Positions 1 to 13,499 of a DNA stretch of 64,000 nucleotides are shown here, piece by piece (position 1 is the stretch's first letter; each line of letters begins with the position of its first letter). This stretch comes from Octopus sinensis. Its lineage: Eukaryota. The translations under genes were made by a program, and so were the position numbers. A model generated the notes under the pieces. The model was given only the letters and a program-made list of their open reading frames with translations, had not been told where the DNA came from and made no database searches. The stretch covers positions 7,192,001-7,256,000 of the forward strand of contig NC_043010.1 in the NCBI RefSeq assembly GCF_006345805.1, in the 5' to 3' direction.

Positions 1-565
1 GTGCAATGTAATGTAATTAACAAAAATCTTAATTCTGTGGAGAGAATATTTTGATACTTGCAGAAATGGTATTGTCTGCACATGCGCCCAAACACACAGA
101 TGCACAAAGGCATACACATGTGCATTCATGCATATACTCATACTCATATACACCTATGCATACATGCATACATACTCACATACACCTATGCATACATGCA
201 TACATACACATGCATGCATACATACATACATACATGCATACATACAAACAAAAATACCCTGGTATTAATGTTGAAATTCCAATGAAGGAGCCTTGGGTCT
301 AGGTTATAAACCATCTCTTTCTCTATTAGCAAGAAATCTTGATACAAAACTGAACAATGTACATACATACAAGCATGCATGCATAGATAGATAGATAGAT
401 AGACAGATAGATAGATAATGGTTTGTAGAATGAATTTCAACAAAAGAGACGAAGTATATGAAATATCATGTAAGATGAATTCTAGCTTTGCTGAAACCAT
501 CTCTGTTTCCAGAAAAGTTAAACAAACACATAATAGTAATAGCCATTTGATATATATATATATAT

Positions 566-778
566 AAAGTTAATCCAAACAAGAAAACACAAAAAAAAAA
601 CAAAAAAACGCAACGCGAGGACGTGGAACAAATAAAGTATTATTGGACGCTCAGGAAAGAAGGAAAGAAGGAGGGTTTAACGTTTCGAGCGGAGCTCTTC
701 GTTGGAAACAGAGGAGAAGGAAAGGTCCTGAGAAGGGAAGACAGAGGAAAGAAATCGTCAGCGGTACTCACGAGGTCA
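566..778 (-). mobile_element. Short Penelope-like terminal-repeat fragment (family H1), flanked by (TA)n
   Basis: Reverse-complement homologue of 23921-24113. It carries a hammerhead-like motif and has (TA)n on both sides. Confidence 0.6.
675..709 (-). ncRNA. Minimal hammerhead ribozyme motif, family H1, decayed core (G5A)
   Basis: Minus strand reads GTTT CCAACGA A GAGC TCC GCTC GAA AC GT T AAAC: stem I GTTT/AAAC, stem II GAGC/GCTC, loopless palindromic stem III ACGT. Confidence 0.5.
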
Positions 779-819
779 TATATATATATATACATACATG
801 TATGGGTATCATCATAATC

Positions 820-1890
820 ATCATTATCATTTAACGTCCTTTTTTCATGCTAGCATGGGTTGGACGGTTCGACTGAGGTCTGGGAAGCCAGGAAGCTGCA
901 CCAGACTCCAGTCTTATCTGGCAATGTCTCTACAGCTGGATGCCCTTCCTAATGCTAACCACTCCATGAGTGTAGTGGGTGCTTTTTACGAGTCACCAGC
1001 ACAGGGGCCAGAGGAGGCCGGCAACAGCAATAATCAGTTGGTGCTTTTTATGTGCCACCAGTACAGAAGCCAGTCAAGATGGCACTGGCATTGGCCATGT
1101 TTGGATGGTGCTTCTTACGTGCCACTGGCACGGTTATCACAACTACAATTTCCATTTGATTTTCAGTTTGACATTGATGTACTTGACTCAATAGGTCTCC
1201 TCAAGCACAGCTGGTTGCCCTATGATCCATGGTACTTTTGAATGGGCTGGGCCTGGTTATACGAAATTGATGAAGGATACAGCCATGAACTCACTTTATT
1301 TGCTGGGTCTTCGCAGTCACAGCATATCTCCAGAGGTCTCAGTCTTTCGTCAATGCCTCTGTGAGGCCCAACGTTTGAAGGTCATGCTTGACCACCTCAT
1401 CCCATGTCTTTCTGGATCTGGCACTACTCTGGATTCCTTCAACTGTTTAGGAGTGGCACTTCTTCACACACCTCTCCTCATCCATCCATAGTACATAACC
1501 ATACCAGCACAAACATCTCTTGCACACCACATCCTATGCTTCTTATGTCCAACATTTCTCTCAGGGTGCTTACACTCTGTCGTGTGTGCACACTGACATT
1601 ACACATCCAGCGGATCATGCTAGCTTCATTTCTTTCAAGCCTACACATGTCCTTCAGCAGTCACAGCCCATGTTTCACTGCCATGAAGCATGACAGTTTG
1701 CACACATGCATCATGCAATCTACCTTTCACTCTGAGCGAGAGGCCCTTTGTCACCACTAGAGGTAGAAGCTGTCTGAACTTTCCCAGGCAATTCTTATTT
1801 TAGTGGTAATGCTCTCTGAGCCTCCACACACACAATTAACTTGGTCACTTAGGTAGCGGAAGCTATCAATTACTTCTGGTTTCTACTCCT
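820..1890 (-). mobile_element. 5'-truncated RTE-clade LINE: decayed RT C-terminus plus 3' UTR and (GAT)n tail
   Basis: Minus-strand translation gives EVIDSFRYLSDQ...KIRIAW...LLPLVVTKGLSLRVKGRLHDACVQTVMLHGSETWAVTA, continuing into the repeat that ends CATGCTAGCATGAAAAAAGGACGTTAAATGAT. Confidence 0.85.
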
Positions 1891-1904
1891 GGAGTATACA
1901 TACA

Positions 1905-2026
1905 TCACCGTGATCACCATGACCGACCAGGTTATCAGATGTTGCTACACATCGCTGGTCACAATGCGCTTCACATTGTTTTAGCCTTCAACTGGCGCCA
2001 CCCCGCTGGCTAAGCGAGCAGGCCAC
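1905..2026 (-). mobile_element. 3' fragment of a SINE-like interspersed repeat
   Basis: GC-rich 120-bp island abutting the RTE 5' truncation and a (TA)n tract. Family assignment is from recollection only. Confidence 0.35.
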
Positions 2027-2050
2027 ATACATACATATATATATATATAA

Positions 2051-2105
<55 letters not shown>

Positions 2106-3122
2106 GTATGTATGTGTGTGTGTGTTAGCAATGTAGGTGTTTCTAACACCCTAATTGCATTTAGTGACAATTATAGTTATACTTTTTGGTGAAATGTTGC
2201 AAACTGCTGTCTACATTAATTATACACACACACACATACATACATGCATAGTTAATCTTTTATCCTTTCCTTATTTCATTTAGTCATTCATCTGTGGCCT
2301 TGCCAGAAAATGCCTTGAAGAATTTTAATTGAGTTCAATCGACTCCAGTACTTATTTTTTGAGCCTGGTACTTATTCTACAGGTCTCTTTTGCTGAGCTG
2401 CCAAATTAGCAGTGTGAGATGTGAGGAGTATTAAACTTTTGGTTACTATTTCTATCAGGTCTAGTGGCCATGTAGGGGTTTTCTTACCACAGAATGTGAA
2501 GTTTTTGACCCCTTTCGGCTACAAGTTCCTCCAATGCCTCTATATTTCATTTGTAGAAATAACCATCACAACAATTAAATCACTGAAAGAAGTTTTGTTT
2601 TGTGCTTTAGTATTTTTTTTTTTAATTTCATGGAAGTAATATTATTGCATAGCTAAAATTAATGTAATTAAATAAAATAAGAGGGGAAATATGTAAAAAA
2701 AAAAAAAAAAAAAAAAATGAAATAAATAAATATATAAATAAATAAAAGATGAAAGAAAAATTTGTAACCTAATATGAGTATTTTATTGATTCCTGAAAAT
2801 AATTCCTACTAGAAAACCATTTGGATTGAGAAAATAATTAGTAACAATCCTGTAATTGTGTAGATGGTACTTCATAAAAATTTCTGATCAATCATAGAAG
2901 CCGTCAATACAGCAATATGTTATAGATATTGCGATAGATTTGATCAATACGCAATACTGATCAGAAGTTAATGCTACTGTTATTAGCTATGGTGCGTAGT
3001 TATTACAGCAGAAGCAAATAATATCCAAAGCTTGGATCGCAAACGAAAGCTGTCACTACTGCCATTAACCTGATTTTCCATAATTTTCTCACACCACATA
3101 CATACATGTAATATATACATAT

Positions 3123-3155
<33 letters not shown>

Positions 3156-3332
3156 AATATATATATATATGTGTGTGTGTGTCTATGATTATGATTATAC
3201 ACACAAACGAGCACTTGCATCATTGTTTGTATGTCTTTGTATGCATGTGCATGCATATAGGCTTGTATATGTGTATGTGTATATATATATATATATATAC
3301 ATACATACACACACGCATATATATATATACAC

Positions 3333-3371
<39 letters not shown>

Positions 3372-3406
3372 TATATACATATTATATATATATATGTATA
3401 TGTATA

Positions 3407-3438
<32 letters not shown>

Positions 3439-3824
3439 CATATTATATATATATATGTATATGTATATGTATATATATATATATATACATATTATACATA
3501 TATGCATATATGTACGTATGACAATATATGCACACAAACGAGCGCATACATTGTTTGTATGTTCTGGAAGCATGTGCATGCATGTATATATGTGTGTGTG
3601 TGTGTATACATACATATATATATATATATATATTTGCACACACACTCACACACAAATATAATACATACATGCACACATATTGTTATGTAGCCAAGTTCCA
3701 TGAAATTTGACCTAGTTTTTACATCATCTCCCTCATTCCTCACAACTTCATTTATACCATTTGTCTGTGTGTGTGTGTGTGTAAGAGAGAGTGTGAGAGT
3801 GTATGGGTGTATATATTCTTACCC

Positions 3825-4238
3825 TTTACTCTTTTACTCTTTTACTTCTTTCAGTCATTTGACTGCGGCCATGCTGGAGCACCGCCTTTAGTCGAGCAAA
3901 TCGACCCCGGTACTTATTCTTTGTAAGCCCAGTACTTATTCTATCGGTCTCTTTTGCCGAACCGCTAAGTTACGTGGATGTAAACACACCAGCATCGGTT
4001 GTCAAGCAATGCTAGGGGGACAAACACAGACACACAAACACACACACATATATATATATATATATGCACATATACGACAGGCTTCTTTCAGTTTCTGTCT
4101 ACCAAATCCACTCACAAGGCATTGGTCGGCCCGGGGCTATAGCAGAAGACACTTGCCCAAGATGCCACGCAGTGGGACTGATCCCGGAACCATGTGGTTG
4201 ATTATCAAGCTACTTACCACACAGCCACTCCTGCGCCT
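3825..4238 (-). mobile_element. tRNA-derived CORE-like SINE (family A) with internal TA/CA microsatellite
   Basis: tRNA-like head with B-box GGTTCCGGGATCAGTCCC, core CTTGGGCAAGTGTCTT and (GAGTAAAA)n tail. Many near-identical copies occur in the window. Confidence 0.9.
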
Positions 4239-4299
4239 AATTATATTCTTATTTATATAAAATTATCTTTCATTTGATTTTCTGTAATACAAGAATTCA

Positions 4300-4620
4300 T
4301 ATGTCTGAATTTGAAATTACATCCAAAAAGTTAGACACAAAATTTGGCATCAAATATAATCTTTAGCAATAAGTCTTTAAAGAAATCTATAGGTTCTTTT
4401 CTAAAACTATCTGTATCATGATCCTTTGTACAATACAATGCAGTTAGACCAACACCTTGACTAAATTGAATGGAGACATGTTTGATGTTTGCATGGGCTC
4501 ATATAACAGAGATGAATTATACAAAATTATCGTAAACTATGTTTTGAACCCTTGTTAAAAGATTTCCATGCCTTTCTAGAAGGATTATACAAAGTCAATG
4601 ACCTAATAACCACACATAAT
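4300..4620 (+). pseudogene. Highly decayed Penelope-like reverse transcriptase fragment
   Basis: From 4468 it reads NGDMFDVCMGSYNRDELYKIIVNYVL, then GLYKVND, resembling the PLE RT motifs [22 protein letters not shown] and GLYRDD. Multiple stops. Confidence 0.5.
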
Positions 4621-4710
4621 AGCCTCACATTCATAAAATAAAGTGATTTCAAAAAAGCTTTACAAAATTACTCAAAATATTATGCTTAAGGGCTATGAAT
4701 GATACCAGTC

Positions 4711-5265
4711 TTAACCCTTTAGCTTTTAAACTGGCTATATCTGGCCAAAATATTCTGTTTGTTTTATGCTCAAACTGGCCAAATCCTGCCTTTCACATCT
4801 ACTCCACAATGTCATGCTAAAAATAAACAATCCCATAATCGAAATTTCAAAGCTACAAGATAGTGCATGGTTAATTCAAAACAATATGAATAAATAAGCA
4901 TTACATTTGACAGAAGTGTAGGTGCAATGGCCCAGTGGTTAGGGCAGTGGACTCATGGTCGGAAGATTGCGGTTTCGATTCCCAGACTGGGCGTTGTGTG
5001 TGTTTATTGGACGAAAACACCTAAAGCTCCACGAGGAGGTGGTGGCGACCCCTGTTGTACTCTTTCACTCTAACTTTCTCTCCCACTTTCTTCCTGTTTC
5101 TTGGGTAACACTGTGATAGACTGGCGTCCTGTCCAGCTGGGGGGGGGGAACACATACACCACAGAAACCAGGAAACCGGGCCCATGAGCCTGGCTAGGCT
5201 TGAAAAGGGTGCATAAATAAATAAGCATTACATTTGACAGAATAATCTGAATGCTAAAGGGTTAA
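4711..5265. mobile_element. piggyBac-like MITE (TTAA target, CCC termini) interrupted by a SINE
   Basis: TTAA|CCCTTTAGC at 4711 and GCTAAAGGG|TTAA ending 5265. About 230 bp remains once the SINE and one TSD copy are removed. Confidence 0.75.
4916..5215 (+). mobile_element. Full-length tRNA-derived SINE (family E) with V-domain-like 3' part
   Basis: A-box TGGCCCAGTGG, B-box GGTTTCGATTCCC and GATAGACTGGCGTCCTGTCCAG. Flanked by a direct repeat at 4889-4915 and 5216-5242. Confidence 0.85.
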
Positions 5266-5283
5266 TGTAGGTAACTATTCAGA

Positions 5284-5816
5284 TTACTCTTTTACTTGTC
5301 TCAGTCATTTGACTGCAGCCATGCTGGAGCACCACCTTTAATCGAGCAACTCAACCCCGGGACTTATTCTTTGTAAGCCCAGTACTTATTCTATCGGTCT
5401 CTTTTGCCGAACCGCTAAGTGACGGTTGTCAAGCAATGCTAGGGGGACAAACACAAACATACACGCACATATATATATATATATATATATAATAATAATA
5501 AATATTAGGGAATAAATCCAAATTTACAGGGAAAAAAATCAGATTTAGGATTAAATCCAATTTTATAGTAAAATATTATAAAATATTATTAGAGACAAAA
5601 CCACTATTTTGCAAAACAAACAAGGAAAGACTTAATCATATACATATATACGACGGGCTTCTTTCAGTTTCTCTCTACCAAATCCACTCACAAGGCTTTG
5701 GTCGGCCCGGGGCTATAGCAGAAGACACTTGCCCAAGGTGCCATGCAGTGGGACTGAACCCGGAACCATGTGGTTGGTAAACATGCTACTTACCACACAC
5801 CCACTCCTGCGCCTAT
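5284..5816 (-). mobile_element. Family A SINE with about 150-bp foreign insert in its microsatellite
   Basis: Both halves match family A; the insert spans about 5490-5640. Confidence 0.85.
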
Positions 5817-6244
5817 GAGATGTTACATTAAATATGTATATATGCTACCTATATAGAAATCTAAACTGTATCGATAAAAATTTAAACCACCCTTCTATAA
5901 CCCTAAGAAATCATCATACTCATCATTGTTATACATTTTGTTCCATTGAAGAATGGGTTGAATAAATTTTCTGAGACTGTTTTATGGTTAGTTGCCTTTC
6001 CTCTCACCTGCCTTTTTAAATCATCTGTTATGGCACACAGAAAACATATTTTAAGTGGTTGATCTAATAAATCAAAGGTTTCATAAGCAAATTAAATGGA
6101 AGGCACTCTTCTCTGGTAATTTCTACACAGAAGCACTTCTAATGAACTGAAAATGCCCACTCACAGAAGCAGTTTGTTCTAGAATTTTTCAACATCAACA
6201 AGAAGATACACTGCTAGTTTGCAACAGACAAAGTGAAATATTTT

Positions 6245-6737
6245 AACAGTGACTCCTGTGCAGGTGGCAAGTGAAGAAACACCATTTTGACCCTGTGCTT
6301 GAGGAGATGCATTGAGTCAAGTACACCAACATCAAAATCAATGGAAACTGCAGTTGTGATCCCTGTGCCGGTGGGACGTAAAAAGCACCATCTGAACGTG
6401 GCCGATGCCAGCGCCGCCTAGACTGGCTTCCGTGCCGGTGGCTCATAAAAAGCACTATCCGAATCGTGGTCGATGCCAGTGCCCCCTTGACTGGCTTCCG
6501 TGCCGGTGGCATGTAAAATGCACCAATCCAATTGTGGCCATTGCCAGCCTTGCCTGGTACCTGTGCAGGTGGCACGTAAAAAGCACCCACTACACTCACG
6601 GAGTGGTTGGCGTTAGGAAAGGCATCCAGCTGTAGAAACATTGCCAGATCAGACTGGAGCCTGGTGCAGCCTTCTGGCTTCCCAGATCCCCGGTCGAACC
6701 GTCCAACCCATGCTAGCAAGGAGAACGGACGTTAAAC

Positions 6738-6770
<33 letters not shown>
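6245..6770 (+). mobile_element. RTE 3' UTR copy (family C) with tandem ~60-bp modules and (GAT)n tail
   Basis: Same sequence as the tails of the RTE fragments at 820-1890 and 36610-37922. Confidence 0.85.
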
Positions 6771-7483
6771 CCCCGAACGTTTTTGCCTCTTCTGACAAAA
6801 CCCAAAGTTGCAACTGATGCTCATACACATTCAAGAGATTTCACTCCGGTGCCACAACCAATATAAAAAAAAACAAACAAACAAACATGTTCTACTCAGT
6901 AAAAACTATGAATACAAGAGCCTGAGTTAGATATAGTAGACAAAATCGAATGCTAGCCCTTCATCATTTTCATAACCTCAACCTAACATTTTAAAGACCA
7001 CAAACAAATCTTCTTTGGTATCCTTACATGAAACCCACTAAACCACATCAAAATACAATTAGGCACAGTAAGCAAACATATTTTAGTCAAGATCATCCTA
7101 AAACAAGTATTTAAGTCTTTAATCTCTCCTTATGGACAACAAAACATTTATCTAAATGGTTTAATAGTAAACATACAGAGAATACAATTTGATTTTTTAC
7201 TCAACAATATCCAAATGTTTACTTCTTTATGTGTTAAACATTACAAATAGAACTGGCCAAGTAAGTGACTCACGGAGATCTTGTTCTCCCTCAAAACTTG
7301 AAAAAAGACAAATTGGCAACTGAAATCCCTGCTTACTGATGGGAAGTAAAGATTTTAACTGTGATATTAAAAGAATCACAGGGCTCTGCATCCTTTGCTC
7401 ATAGTATGTCATATCTGGCAATTTACAATGAGGGGTTTCTATTAATATGTGGGTATGAGAAATAGGTGAAGGTAAATGGCTTT

Positions 7484-7652
7484 GTGGTTAGGGTGTTGAA
7501 CTCATGATCATAAGGTTGTGATTTTGATTCCTGGATCAGACAATGCATTGCGTTCTTGAGCAAGACACTTCATTTCACATTGCTCCAGTCCACTCAGCTG
7601 GCAAAAGAAAGTAATCATGCAACAGGCCAGCATCCCATCCAGTTAGGGAATA
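7484..7652 (+). mobile_element. Decayed tRNA SINE with Meta-like core
   Basis: tRNA-like head followed by GTTCTTGAGCAAGACACTT. Related pieces at about 18270-18420 and 51030-51325 (minus). Confidence 0.5.
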
Positions 7653-7655
7653 TAT

Positions 7656-7886
7656 ATTTCTTTACTACCCACAAGGGGCTAAACATAAAGGGGACAAACA
7701 AGGACAGACAAAGGGATTAAGTCGATTACATCGACCACAGTGCATAACTGGTACTTAATTTATCGACCCCGAAAGGATGAAAGGCAAAGTCGACCTCAGT
7801 GGAATTTGAACTCGGAACGTAACGACAGACAAAATACTGCTACGAATTTCGCCCAGCATGCTAACGTTTCTGTCAGCTCGCCACCC
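7656..7886 (-). mobile_element. Nin-domain tRNA SINE (family B)
   Basis: Minus strand carries GAGGTCGACTTTGCCTTTCATCCTTTCGGGGTCGATAAATTAAGTACCAG, which matches the Nin/Deu core. Confidence 0.85.
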
Positions 7887-8697
7887 TATAGGGAATATAT
7901 GTGTCATGAAACTGGGAAACTGCTCCTTATGAGTTGACATCACCCGAGAAGGTAACTTTTCTTTACTATGAGTGATAGATAATTCCTGCAAATATCTCAT
8001 TCAAGCTTCCAAAAACTTGGGTAAAAGAATCACAGTGGACATCAACTTAAACATGTACAAGCTCCCCTGGCATCACACAAGATTTAGACAATGCTATTTA
8101 CTGCCTGTTAGAAATCCAAATGAAAAATATCTAATGTATAACTACACAGACTCAAACTACCTCTTTACATTATCAATAACTTAGTGAAATATATAAGAAT
8201 ACTCCTGTCTATCATCCCTGCTATATGAAGAGACAATTTACAAAATATCGCAATAGTTTAAAGTTGCCCTTTCATTCATCTGTCTTAAACACAATCATCT
8301 TCAGTATCAAACGTATGCTCCAAAATTATTCAGGACTTACCAGGACACACACACATGTACACACATGCACACACACACACCACACAGACGCAGACACACA
8401 CATGATTACACAGCCACAAATACCATAAAATATTCAAATGGAACAACATATAATCAAGGTATATCTATACACCAAATTTAAGGTTACAATTAGCCAGCAA
8501 TTAGTTTGCCTCACTTCAAGAAAATCTTTATGTGTTCCCATGTCAACTAACATACAGTGAACGCCAGGACTGCACTCCAAAATGCCTCCCAAACCCCAGT
8601 AGGGTCATCAAATTCCCTAATTTGTTCACACACTCCTTTCAATCCAACCTCTATTTTAACATTTCTTCAACCCATAAAACTATGAAAAATATTAACC

Positions 8698-9060
8698 ACA
8701 TCCGTTCGTGGCCGTTGCCAGCCTCCCCTGGCCCCCGTGCTGGTGGCACATAAAAAGCACCATCCGAGCATGGCCATTTGCCAGCCTTGTCTGGCACCTG
8801 TGTCGGTGGCACGTAAAAAGCACCATCCGATTGTGGCCGTTTGCCAGCCTCGCCTGGCACCTGTGCTGGTGGCACGTAAAAAGCACCCACTACACTCACG
8901 GAGTGGTTGGCGATAGGAAGGGCATCCAGCCGTAGAAACATTGCCAGATCAGACTGGGCCTGGTGCAGCCTTCTGGCTTCCCAGACCCCAGTTGAACCGT
9001 CCAACCCATGCTAGCATGGAGAACGGACGCTAAACAATGATGATGATGATGATGATGATT
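8698..9060 (+). mobile_element. RTE 3' UTR copy (family C)
   Basis: Three 62-63-bp modules ending GGTGGCACRTAAAAAGCACC, followed by the tail and (GAT)n. Confidence 0.85.
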
Positions 9061-9477
9061 GTATGTGCCCACAAATATATATTTAAAATATACAACACTC
9101 CATTATTAACATTTGGCTTGTCGGTATCTCCATCCCTATTAAAGATAGAGTCAGCATCTCCATCTCTTTATCATTTTCACTAATGTATCATCTTCCATCA
9201 CATCCACAGCTACTTTTTATGAGCTTCACTTCCCACATTCATTCTTATGTTATTGTTATTTTCCATCTAAACATGTTAATCTTCTTTATGATTTCTCATT
9301 TACTTTTTGAGAACGAAGACTTTTTTTTAGAAAATATTTCCAAAAAATATCATTATTTGAAAAATATTTTTATTAAGACCTACCTTAAAATTTCAATTTA
9401 TTTAATCATAATTTTTTGTGAATCATTTAAGTATTTTTCTGGGATTTTCAAAACTGTTTTTAATCTAACAACTTTTG

Positions 9478-9498
9478 GCATTATTATTATTATTATAC

Positions 9499-9551
<53 letters not shown>

Positions 9552-9569
9552 GTTTTATTATTATTATCA

Positions 9570-9604
<35 letters not shown>

Positions 9605-9849
9605 TAGTTTTATTTTTATAGCGTGCTTTCACTTCACTACCGAGCGCAGCTCTGTGTGCCTTGGGTATGTGATGTGATTTGTTGTGATGCTCTGATGGTT
9701 ATTGTATGGAAAGTGTTCTGCGTAGGATGTGTGCAGTGCCTAGTAGTGCAATTTTCTGTATGTTATATGTGTTTGTAAGTCCTGGTGTTTTTGTTATGTA
9801 TTTGTCTGAATATTTTTTTATCATGCCTAATGCACCTACTATGATAGGA

Positions 9850-9911
<62 letters not shown>

Positions 9912-10068
9912 TATTATCATCATTATTATTATTATATTATTATTATCATTATTATTATTATTATTATTATTATTGTTATTATTATTAGCATTATTATTAT
10001 TATTATAATTATTATTATTATTATTATTGTTATCATTATTATTATTATCATTATTATTATTATTATTA
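9478..10068. repeat. Two (TTA)n microsatellites (about 9478-9600 and 9850-10068)
   Basis: Directly visible. They enclose a short decayed LINE-like end (minus strand PIIVGALGMIKK...QKIALLGTAHILRRTLS). Confidence 0.9.
9690..9855 (-). mobile_element. Decayed 3' end of a non-LTR retrotransposon ORF
   Basis: Minus strand IPIIVGALGMIKKYSDKYI...IQKIALLGTAHILRRTLS* resembles the C-terminal restriction-like endonuclease region (consensus PxxxGALG...QKxxxLGTAxILR) of RLE-type elements. Recognised from memory only. Confidence 0.55.
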
Positions 10069-10292
10069 AGGCAGCAAGCACGCAGAATTGTTGGCATGCT
10101 AAGCAAAATGTTTAGTGACATTTTGTCTGTCTGTCTTTGTGTTCTGAGCCCAGATTCCACTAAGGTTGACTTTGCCTTTTCTTTCTGTCAGGGACCATAA
10201 ATTAAGTACCAGTTGGACACTGGGGTCAATATAATCAATTTAACCCCTCCCCTGGAATTGCTAGCCTTGTGCCAAAATTTGAAACCAGTATT
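10068..10292 (+). mobile_element. Family B SINE, diverged
   Basis: Head, decayed Nin core and tail GCCTTGTGCCAAAATTTGAAACC. Confidence 0.7.
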
Positions 10293-10483
10293 ATTATTAG
10301 CATCGTTTAGGTTTGGCTCAGGTTTGGTCATATTCCTGGCAGGATTTATGTGCATAGCAGATTACTACCTGTAAACTTAGGCATCCACAAGTTTTCAGCA
10401 ATCTTTCAAGTGCTTAGAACCCTTCACATTTCTAATTTCTAATAATAATAATAATAATAATAATAATATAATAATAATAATAA

Positions 10484-10697
10484 TCCTTTCTACTCTAGGC
10501 ACAAGGCCCAAAATTTTTGGGAAGGGGTCACTTAATTAGATCGACCCCAGTATACAACAGGTACTTAATTTAATCACCCCAAAAGAATGAAAGGCAAAGT
10601 TGACCTCGGTGGAATTTGAACTCAGAACATAAAGACAGACAAAATACTGCTAAGAATTTCGCCCGGCGTGCTAATGATTCTGCCAGCTCACCACCTT
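10484..10697 (-). mobile_element. Family B SINE
   Basis: Nin core on the minus strand, with a (TAA)n tail. Confidence 0.8.
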
Positions 10698-10851
10698 GAT
10701 AATAATAATGATAATCATAAGCAATGATATTGACAAATGGCTGAAGGAGACTGAAATAGAATGCTCAGAAGAGCTCCTACTGAAATTAGAAATTAATAAT
10801 ATATTATATTAAAAATTATCATCATTGTAATGTCCCCTTATCCATTATCGC

Positions 10852-11257
10852 TTTTACTCTTTTACTTGTTTCAGTCATTTGACTGTGGCCATGCCGAAGC
10901 ACCACCTTTAGTTGAGCAAATCGACCCCAGGAATTTTTTTTTTGTGTAAGCCTATTACTTATTCTATCGGTGTCTTTTGCTGAACCGCTAAGTTACGGGA
11001 ACGTAAACGCACCAGCATTGGTTATCAAGCGATGTTGGGGGAACAAACACAGGCACACAAACACACACACACGCACACATATATATTTACATATATACGA
11101 CAGGCTTCTTTCAGTTTCCGTCTACCAAATCCAATCACAATGCTTTGGTCGGCCCGAGGATATAGTAGAAGACACTTGACCAAGGTGCCACACTGTGGGA
11201 CTGAACCAGGAACCATGTGGTTGGTAAGCAAGTTACTTACCACACAGCCACTCCTAT
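10852..11257 (-). mobile_element. Family A SINE
   Basis: Full-length match to the other copies. Confidence 0.9.
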
Positions 11258-11261
11258 TCTT

Positions 11262-11440
11262 GATGAGCTGGCAGAATCATTAGCACATCAGATAAAATGC
11301 TTAACAGCATTTCCTTCATCTTTACATTTTGAGATCAAATTCCACCAATGTCGACTTTGCCTTTCATCCTTTCTGGGGCCATGCAATCTACTATTCCGCC
11401 CCCTGCAAAATTTAAGGCTTGTGCCTATAGTACAAAGGAC
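11262..11440 (+). mobile_element. Family B SINE, diverged
   Basis: GAGCTGGCAGAATC head and GTCGACTTTGCCTTTCATCCTTT core. Confidence 0.65.
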
Positions 11441-11441
11441 A

Positions 11442-11485
<44 letters not shown>

Positions 11486-12101
11486 AACAACTACTTTGAG
11501 TATATTTATATTTTTACATTTATCTTTCTTCATTTCCTTGCATTTTTATTCCTCATTCATATTTTTAAATTAGTTTTCCTCCTTCTTATCCATATTATAT
11601 ATTCCTGCACAGAATTTAAATTTATTGCTTTTTCCATTTTTATATTTATTTTTATTTACCATTTTTATTTGTGTACAGTATTTACTCATGTATAACATGC
11701 AGACCCAGTTTTAGGCAATGACATCCTTGAAAAACATCTCACATGTATAACAAACATTGACTTTTCTCCAGTATTATGGTGAGTGGAAAAAGGAGATTTT
11801 AGTTAGTTTTATTACAACTGCTGTACAGAATATATGAAAATGTTCATATATCCTAAAAAAAAAATATGCAAATTGAATTGTGACCTTTGAACTTTGCTAG
11901 TGTACGCTGTAAATATTCATCTATTGTAAAGACACAATTGTAAAATTACAAAATCAGTCCTATTGATATAGCTATTCAATTTTGTTAATAGAAAACTGTG
12001 TCATTTTTAATTGACTTGGAATTAAACAACAGCAAAAACATCAATGATGAAACCAGTGAGTTCAAAATTATAAGTATCTACACGAAAAATTATAAACAAT
12101 C

Positions 12102-12523
12102 GGCGCAGGAGTAGCTGTGTGGTAAGTAGCTTGCTAACCAGCCACATGGTTCCGGGTTCAGTCCCACTGCGTGGCATCTTCGGCAAGTGTCTTCTGCTAT
12201 AGCCCTGGGCCGACCAATGCCTTGTGAGTGGATTTGGTAGACGGAAACTGAAAGAAGCCTGTCATATATATGTATATATATATATATATATATATGAATG
12301 TGTGTGTTTGTGTCTGTGTTTGTCCCCCTAGCATTGCTTGACAACCGATGCTGGTGTGTTTACGTCCCCGTCACTTAGCAGCTCGGCAAAAGAGACCGAT
12401 AGAATAAGTACTGGGCTTACAAAAGAATAAGTCCCGGGGTCGATTTGCTTGACTAAAGGCGGTGCTCCAGCATGGCCACAGTCAAATGACTGAAACGAGT
12501 AAAAGAGTAAAAGTGTAAAAGAG
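12102..12523 (+). mobile_element. Family A SINE, full length
   Basis: Runs from GGCGCAGGAGTAGCTGTGTGG to the (GAGTAAAA)n tail. Confidence 0.9.
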
Positions 12524-13499
12524 GAATCAACCTGAACAAGAAACTCTACTTTTAAATATTGAAACCTGTTACATACGAAACCGAATAAACAGCAACAGTA
12601 AGTAATGTTTACATTCTGAAAGTTTTTTAAAATAGCATCATGCAAATAAAAGACCCCTTTTAATAATGTAACTCTGGGATGTTCTTTGATGCTAGTGCAT
12701 ATCGTTTGCGCAAACAAAGTTCTTGAAAGCTTGATAAATATCATGTTTTTTTTTTCCTTTTTTTGAGGAATGTGACTTGAAATTTTCTTCGTGCGAGAAA
12801 ATTCAATGCATAGAATTACACAGTGGGGAACAGCCACAATATGAATTGACTCATCAAACTACAAATTAAGAAAAAAAAAATTTGTGATCAAATTTTATGT
12901 GGTTCTTTACATTTTTGAATGTAGTTTGTATTTTGTAAGAAACTGTATTCCTTACAAGTGACATAGATTTCATTACAGAAATAATATTTACTTTTTTGTC
13001 TTTTTTTTGTGTGAGTATAGTCTTTTACCAAGCAGGCAACTCATTTTTCAGTTGCTTTACTTTGGCCATTCTCAAACCACTTAGGATATGATATTTACCA
13101 ATGTAATCTTTGTGATAGTTTGAAAATGGCATTCTGCTTTATATATTGCAATTCTTAGCATGTTCAAGAGCACTGTGGTATATCATGCAAACACACTTTT
13201 CTTTAAAACTTGTGGAAAATGTAATCATCTGCTCATTCCTCCAGATAAACATAGCTATGAGTCTATCTCTTTGATATTATTATGACCTTAGATACATGAA
13301 AATATACCGCTTGTACACCACAAACATGACTACACAACTGTATCTTTCTTATGACACTTTCAGTAATAAGATAGTCTGAGGGCAGCAGGGAAGTTTACAT
13401 GCATTGCAATATCACAAACGTTTGTTGTTTTATAATTTACTTAATACAGAGTAAAAATTTTTCAATCTTACTGTACCATGTGACTTACTTTCATATCAT

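Noticed and set aside
2492-2580. Exon-like stretch (ECEVFDPFRLQVPPMPLYFICR on plus; donor-bounded frame on minus)
   Set aside because: Splice signals occur on both strands, no phase-compatible partner was found, and the protein is unrecognised.
4916-4990. tRNA gene (also SINE heads at 44214, 12102, 18018)
   Set aside because: A/B boxes are present but there is no acceptor stem, and the sequence continues into SINE bodies.
11776-11782. 7-nt microexon-like TATTATG between TTTTCTCCAG and GTGAGT
   Set aside because: Such matches are expected by chance in 64 kb, and there is no supporting gene model.
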